DNA of 64,000 bases from NCBI GenBank assembly GCA_000493945.1, contig AWNW01000005.1:7668-71667 (forward strand), given 5' to 3'. The notes below the pieces were generated by a model. That model had not been told where the DNA came from. It saw only the letters and a list, made by a program, of their open reading frames with translations, and did not search any database. The translations under genes and the position numbers were made by a program. This DNA is from Candidatus Hydrogenedens terephthalaticus JGI OTU-1 (lineage in GTDB: Bacteria; Hydrogenedentota; Hydrogenedentia; Hydrogenedentales; Hydrogenedentaceae). This document shows positions 59,507 to 64,000 of the stretch, piece by piece. Every line of letters begins with the position of its first letter. Positions within the stretch are counted from its first letter, which is position 1.

Positions 59507-61201
59507 TTATTTTATGCAACTTTCAATGAAGGGGAGCAATTCGCGTGCACGCCATGTATGCCTTAATTTTCGTATAGCTTTTGCCTCAATCTGTCGGACA
59601 CGTTCACGGGTAACATTAAACACACTTCCCACTTCTTCTAATGTTCGTGCAAATCCATCACCCAACCCCCAACGCAAACGAATTACTTTTTCTTCTCGTT
59701 CCGTTAAGGTCTTCAAAACTTCATTTATCTTATCAATAAACAAACGATGTTGTGTCGTATCGGAAGGATTTTCTACATTTTCATCTTCAATAAAATCACC
59801 AAATGTAGTATCGCCATCATCACCGATGGGAGTTTCTAAACTCATGGGGTCCTGCGATATTTTTCGGATGGAATGAACGCGTTCAATAGGCAGTTCCATT
59901 TCATCCGCTATTTCTTCTACATTAGGTTCGCGTCCATATTTCTGGATTAGACTACGATTGGCTCTTGCTAATTTGTTAATGGATTCTATCATGTGAACAG
60001 GAATACGAATGGTTCGTGCCTGGTCTGCTATCGCACGGGTAATTGCCTGTCGTATCCACCATGTTGCATAGGTGCTGAATTTATATCCTCGCCAGTATTC
60101 AAACTTATCTACCGCTTTAATCAGTCCGATGTTTCCTTCCTGTATCAGGTCTTCAAAAGACATGCCTCGATTTGTGTACTTTTTAGCAATACTAACGACC
60201 AGACGGAGGTTTGCTTCGACCAACTTTTGTTTGGTTTCGTTTATTTTCTCTTCTTTTTCGCGAACTGTTTTAATAAGTTCTGTAATTTGTTCAAAATTCA
60301 TCTGTGCGTCGCGTTGAATCTGGTTAATTTTGGCTCTTGCCATCTCAAGTCGTTGTGCACATTCATAAAGATATAAAGCATCCTGGTCTTTTCTACTTTT
60401 TCTTCCACGACCGGAATGGGCTTTTTTAATAATCTCATCTGCGCTCAGACCAAATTCATGTTCCAGTTGCATAATTTCATCACGCGCACTTAGAATACGC
60501 CGTTCTAATGCTTTAATTTTCCTGCCAATTTTAACAATTTCTCTTGCACACAAAGGGAAATTGCTTAATATTTGATATTGTTTTTCTTTTAGTTCTTGAA
60601 TTTGTTTTTGTAATGTTTCGATATACTGAATTTTACCCTTTTGTTTTGCCTTTTTCCTCGTTAATTTTTCATGTTTCTTCTCTAATGCTTGTATTTGTTG
60701 ACGAATAACGGCTAATTGGTCAGCACTTTGTAATAATTGCTTCTTTAGTTTTTCCATTTTTGCGTTTTCACTGCATTCAATCACACGCGAGGGGTCCAAA
60801 CGCCCGGAACGGATACGTGTTGCAATAAGGAAGAACTCATGCACCGTATAAGGAGCACTCAACAAAACACGAACCAATTCTTTCTCCGCTTCTTCTATAT
60901 CCTTTGCGATGCCTACTTCTTTTTCTTTTGTTAATAGAGGCACTTTTCCCATCGCTCTTAAATAGACACGGATACCTTCATCGGGTCGGGAAGGTGTTTT
61001 TAATATTTCTGCTTTTTGTGCATCTGCGGGTGCTACGGCGCCTTTTAATAGCGGTGCTTTTTCGTAACCCAAGGCACGCAGAGTCTCGCTGGGGCTTTCG
61101 TGAGCATCGTAAAGAGACTCCAAAATAAGAGTCTCTTCCTCTTTCGGAATTGTGCTGTCCAGGTCCTTTTGTTTCTTCAAAACTTTTTGTTTTATTGCCA
61201 T
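59507..61201 (-). CDS. rpoD: RNA polymerase primary sigma factor (sigma-70)
   Basis: Region 2 is [41 protein letters not shown], and region 4 is [28 protein letters not shown]. Confidence 0.96.
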   Translation of the reverse strand: MAIKQKVLKKQKDLDSTIPKEEETLILESLYDAHESPSETLRALGYEKAPLLKGAVAPADAQKAEILKTPSRPDEGIRVYLRAMGKVPLLTKEKEVGIAKDIEEAEKELVRVLLSAPYTVHEFFLIATRIRSGRLDPSRVIECSENAKMEKLKKQLLQSADQLAVIRQQIQALEKKHEKLTRKKAKQKGKIQYIETLQKQIQELKEKQYQILSNFPLCAREIVKIGRKIKALERRILSARDEIMQLEHEFGLSADEIIKKAHSGRGRKSRKDQDALYLYECAQRLEMARAKINQIQRDAQMNFEQITELIKTVREKEEKINETKQKLVEANLRLVVSIAKKYTNRGMSFEDLIQEGNIGLIKAVDKFEYWRGYKFSTYATWWIRQAITRAIADQARTIRIPVHMIESINKLARANRSLIQKYGREPNVEEIADEMELPIERVHSIRKISQDPMSLETPIGDDGDTTFGDFIEDENVENPSDTTQHRLFIDKINEVLKTLTEREEKVIRLRWGLGDGFARTLEEVGSVFNVTRERVRQIEAKAIRKLRHTWRARELLPFIESCIK

Positions 61202-61206
61202 AGTCT

Positions 61207-62973
61207 TTACCTCTTGTTTTGTATTTGAACACCAGATAATTGGCTTCTCTTAGTGATTAATTCTTTCTGATTACTTAAAAGTTCCATCAATCTTTCTTTT
61301 TGCTGTCGTTTTTCGGCTTCTTGAATTTGTTGTTGAATGGAACCAATTTGCTGATTGATATACTCAATATGAAGTCGGTTCAATCGCTCTATAGCCAATG
61401 TTTTCAGGTCATTGTTGACAGGTTCAGACAACAATACCTTCTGAAGTAATTTTTTCCCTTCGCATTCTTCCATAAAACGAGGGTCAGGGTCTTCGTTTTC
61501 TAATATATATTTCACCGCCATGCCCAGAGGCGTTTCGGGCAAAGGGATTTCCTGAAAAAGTTTTTTTGTCCGCATTTTTATTTGTTCATCATTTATCAGT
61601 CCATGCAGGAAATCTATATCATCTACAGAAACACTTTCCAGATGAGAATTATTCGTTTGACTACGAACTGAATAATTATTTTTCAAATATTGTTCATAAT
61701 CACTCTTAACCGCCCAAAAACTTATTCGTAAAGCAGACGCAATTTCTTTTAAGAACTCTTCTTTTATTGAATTTTCTTCCATAATAGAAATAAGACGGAA
61801 CAACTCACTTAATACGGTTATCTTTCCTTGTGGAGTAGATAGAAGATTTTGTTTCTGTTGCAGGTAAAAGGTAAAAAAAGTAGACGCAGAAGAAATTCTT
61901 TGGTTCCATTCAGAAACTGTATTACTCTGTAAAAAATCATCCGGGTCTTTACCATCAGGAAGTGTTACAGCAGAAACTGTTAACCCAGCCTGAAGTAGGA
62001 CCGATGTCGCTCTGATGGAGGCTGAAAGTCCTGCTTCATCGCCATCATATACAATTATCACTTTGGGAGCAAATCTTTTCATCAGATTTGCCTGACCCGC
62101 AGTCAAAGCCGTCCCGCAGGTAGCTACAACATTCCGTATCCCGGATTGAAAACATCTTAATACATCTATATAACCTTCTACCAGAATTACATTCTCATAG
62201 GAACGAATCGTTTCTTTACCTTCCCACAATCCATATAGGACTTTGTTTTTTTGATATATTTCGGTTTCGGGCAAATTTATATATTTGGGACCTTCTCCCG
62301 TTATTTCTCTACCTCCGAATGATATTACCTTACCTTCAATATTGCGTATTGGGAAAAGAATTCGATTTCTGAAAAAATCGTAATATCTTCCCTCTTCTCC
62401 ACCAGAACGAATTAAACCACTTCTTAATAATAATCGTTCTGAGAAACCTTTTGATTTTAAGAAGCGGTATAGGGAATAACCATCGGCAGGAGCAAAACCA
62501 AGTCTGAATTCTTCCTGGATTTCAGGGGATATATTTCTTTTCCTTAAATATTCCTGGGCTATTTTCCCGTTCAAAGATTTTGTTAATTGATTACGATAAA
62601 ATTCAACAGATAATTCAACAATCTGGAATAGTGTTCTTCTATCGTTTTGTTCCGGAGAACGCTCTTTTGAGGAATAACTGGTTTTAGGCAAATGAATACC
62701 TGCCTCATCTGCAAGTATTTCTAATGCATCCATAAAAGATATATTTTGAATATCTTTCAGGAAAGATATAGCATCTCCTCCCTTCCCGCACCCAAAACAG
62801 TAATAAATCTGACGGGATTTAGAGACTGTAAAAGAAGGTGTCTTCTCTGTATGAAAAGGACAGAGAGATACATAACGGTCTGAACCTGTAGGTTTTAATT
62901 CACAGTAAGTGGACACGAGTTTTACTATATCTGTTGCGTTTAATACTTGTTCAATAATATGACGAGGATACAA
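61207..62973 (-). CDS. dnaG: DNA primase
   Basis: The zinc ribbon is [13 protein letters not shown]...[15 protein letters not shown]. The TOPRIM domain has ILVEGYIDV and [11 protein letters not shown] start. Confidence 0.94.
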   Translation of the reverse strand: MYPRHIIEQVLNATDIVKLVSTYCELKPTGSDRYVSLCPFHTEKTPSFTVSKSRQIYYCFGCGKGGDAISFLKDIQNISFMDALEILADEAGIHLPKTSYSSKERSPEQNDRRTLFQIVELSVEFYRNQLTKSLNGKIAQEYLRKRNISPEIQEEFRLGFAPADGYSLYRFLKSKGFSERLLLRSGLIRSGGEEGRYYDFFRNRILFPIRNIEGKVISFGGREITGEGPKYINLPETEIYQKNKVLYGLWEGKETIRSYENVILVEGYIDVLRCFQSGIRNVVATCGTALTAGQANLMKRFAPKVIIVYDGDEAGLSASIRATSVLLQAGLTVSAVTLPDGKDPDDFLQSNTVSEWNQRISSASTFFTFYLQQKQNLLSTPQGKITVLSELFRLISIMEENSIKEEFLKEIASALRISFWAVKSDYEQYLKNNYSVRSQTNNSHLESVSVDDIDFLHGLINDEQIKMRTKKLFQEIPLPETPLGMAVKYILENEDPDPRFMEECEGKKLLQKVLLSEPVNNDLKTLAIERLNRLHIEYINQQIGSIQQQIQEAEKRQQKERLMELLSNQKELITKRSQLSGVQIQNKR

Positions 62974-63137
62974 GGGCAGAACTAACCTTTTATGTTGAGG
63001 GCTGTCATTTCTATTAGTAAAGACAGTATTACCCCAATTTTGTCAAGTAGTATTATTTTAACACAAATAAACTTAAAATGCAAATTTTGAGATAAAAAAA
63101 CATTTGTGTAAAAAACTACTGAGCTAAAGGAATAACT

Positions 63138-64000
63138 TTATTTTGAGGAAATAGGACAGGGGATTCGTTTGTATTTTTCCGGAAGTTTAACCCAATCTTC
63201 TTCTCCGTATAATCCTATCTTAGAAACATCAATAGGCTGAAATCCTAAATGAAAAGCAGGTGAACTTTCTTTCAAACGGAAATCACATTTATCAGGGTTT
63301 TCAAACATGGGGTCTGCAATGATGCTATTTACATCAAAGCCATCTTCCTGCCATTGTTTCAATGTCTTGTTCTTAAACATTACATCTTTCCCTGAGGCAT
63401 TCCAGTAACAGTTCTTATCCATCTGCCATTTTTTGTTTGTCCAGTTGCTACCTAATAATCGGTCATTATCGTAATAAACAATATTTCTCTCAAATATAAA
63501 TGAGATATGGTCTTCTTCTCGACTTCGGATAATTTGTTCTCTTGCAGATAGTGCAAAGATGTTATTTACAACACGATTTTCGCGGCCATAATGTTGATGG
63601 AAGTTGCCGGTTAATGTATGATGAACAATGTTATTTTCTAAAACAATATAAGAACTTCCTTCATCTGTGTATAATCCCCATCCTCCATATTGTTCTGGGT
63701 CACACATAATATCGTGAATGTGATTGTTTCTCAACACAGTTCCGGGTGAAATGCCTAATGTGTAAATGCCGCCCATATCTGCTAATTGAGCCTTTCCTAT
63801 ATTATGGATGTGATTGTATTCAACAATATTATGATGTGCAGAACTTGGGTCATACCCCCAACACCATCCGACGGACATACCGGAATAGCGAAAATCGCAA
63901 ATCTCATTATGAGCCACACGATTATATGAACTGCGACCTATCCAAACACCAATACCGGCACGCAAAAACCTTCCACCTTCATGTATAAAACAATTTTCTA
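63138..64000 (-). CDS. Right-handed parallel beta-helix repeat protein (pectate-lyase fold). C-terminal part only, since the gene continues past the right edge.
   Basis: Repeated NxIxxN/HxIH-type turns are present: AHNEICDF, VEYNHIHNIG, LRNNHIHDI, LENNIVHHT and VVNNIFA. The reading frame stays open upstream of the track start (..ENCFIHEGGRFLRAG) to position 64000. Confidence 0.7.
   Translation of the reverse strand, partial: ENCFIHEGGRFLRAGIGVWIGRSSYNRVAHNEICDFRYSGMSVGWCWGYDPSSAHHNIVEYNHIHNIGKAQLADMGGIYTLGISPGTVLRNNHIHDIMCDPEQYGGWGLYTDEGSSYIVLENNIVHHTLTGNFHQHYGRENRVVNNIFALSAREQIIRSREEDHISFIFERNIVYYDNDRLLGSNWTNKKWQMDKNCYWNASGKDVMFKNKTLKQWQEDGFDVNSIIADPMFENPDKCDFRLKESSPAFHLGFQPIDVSKIGLYGEEDWVKLPEKYKRIPCPISSK

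Noticed and set aside
60978-61232. 84-aa ORF spanning the dnaG/rpoD junction, and a 61-aa ORF at 12942-13127 spanning the folP/glmM junction
   Set aside because: They lie out of frame within or over conserved genes on the same strand. They are Arg/Lys-rich with no motif, and are most likely spurious.

Overview
This is an AT-rich bacterial chromosomal window, and all calls come from reading the sequence and ORF translations, with no database searches. It is densely coded and mostly housekeeping. LpxH, an OmpA-family protein, BamE-like lipoprotein domains and a DUF1559-type pseudopilin indicate a diderm, and the DUF1559 type is common in PVC-like or candidate phyla.

Recognisable blocks:
- mrpA-like fragment, thiolase and an ACBP homologue
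- ppdK
- an eight-gene minus-strand operon: ftsH-folP-glmM-pdxJ-GT4-PHP-lepB-lpxH
- mreBCD-mrdA-rodA-rng
- a cell-envelope cluster: CN-hydrolase, sulfatase-like protein, GT39/ArnT-like protein, HEAT protein
- an aminotransferase / HAL2-type nucleotidase / FAD-oxidoreductase operon
- a giant GH13-like protein
- a BtuF/FecB-type ABC importer plus udk
- yicC-gmk-rpoZ-coaBC
- serA and icd
- dnaG-rpoD followed by a tRNA with a CAU anticodon

No CRISPR array, transposase, integrase, rRNA or recognisable defence genes were seen.

Most unusual items:
1. Two adjacent secreted proteins (49896-51858) have unrelated passenger domains but share a C-terminal tail. The tail has an E/G-rich linker, a Cys cluster, a conserved helix and a basic end, which looks like an undescribed sorting signal.
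2. A 511-aa membrane protein (5652-7187) carries the exosortase/archaeosortase Cys...NxxR...His signature in a non-canonical architecture. It is a candidate processing enzyme for those tails.
3. A 29-copy 9-bp G-rich tandem array (49541-49801) lies between the coaBC stop and that gene pair.

Secondary oddities include a stand-alone MshEN-type c-di-GMP receptor, an orphan glycyl-radical activase, a bacterial ACBP, and a GC-rich small gene or structured-RNA locus.
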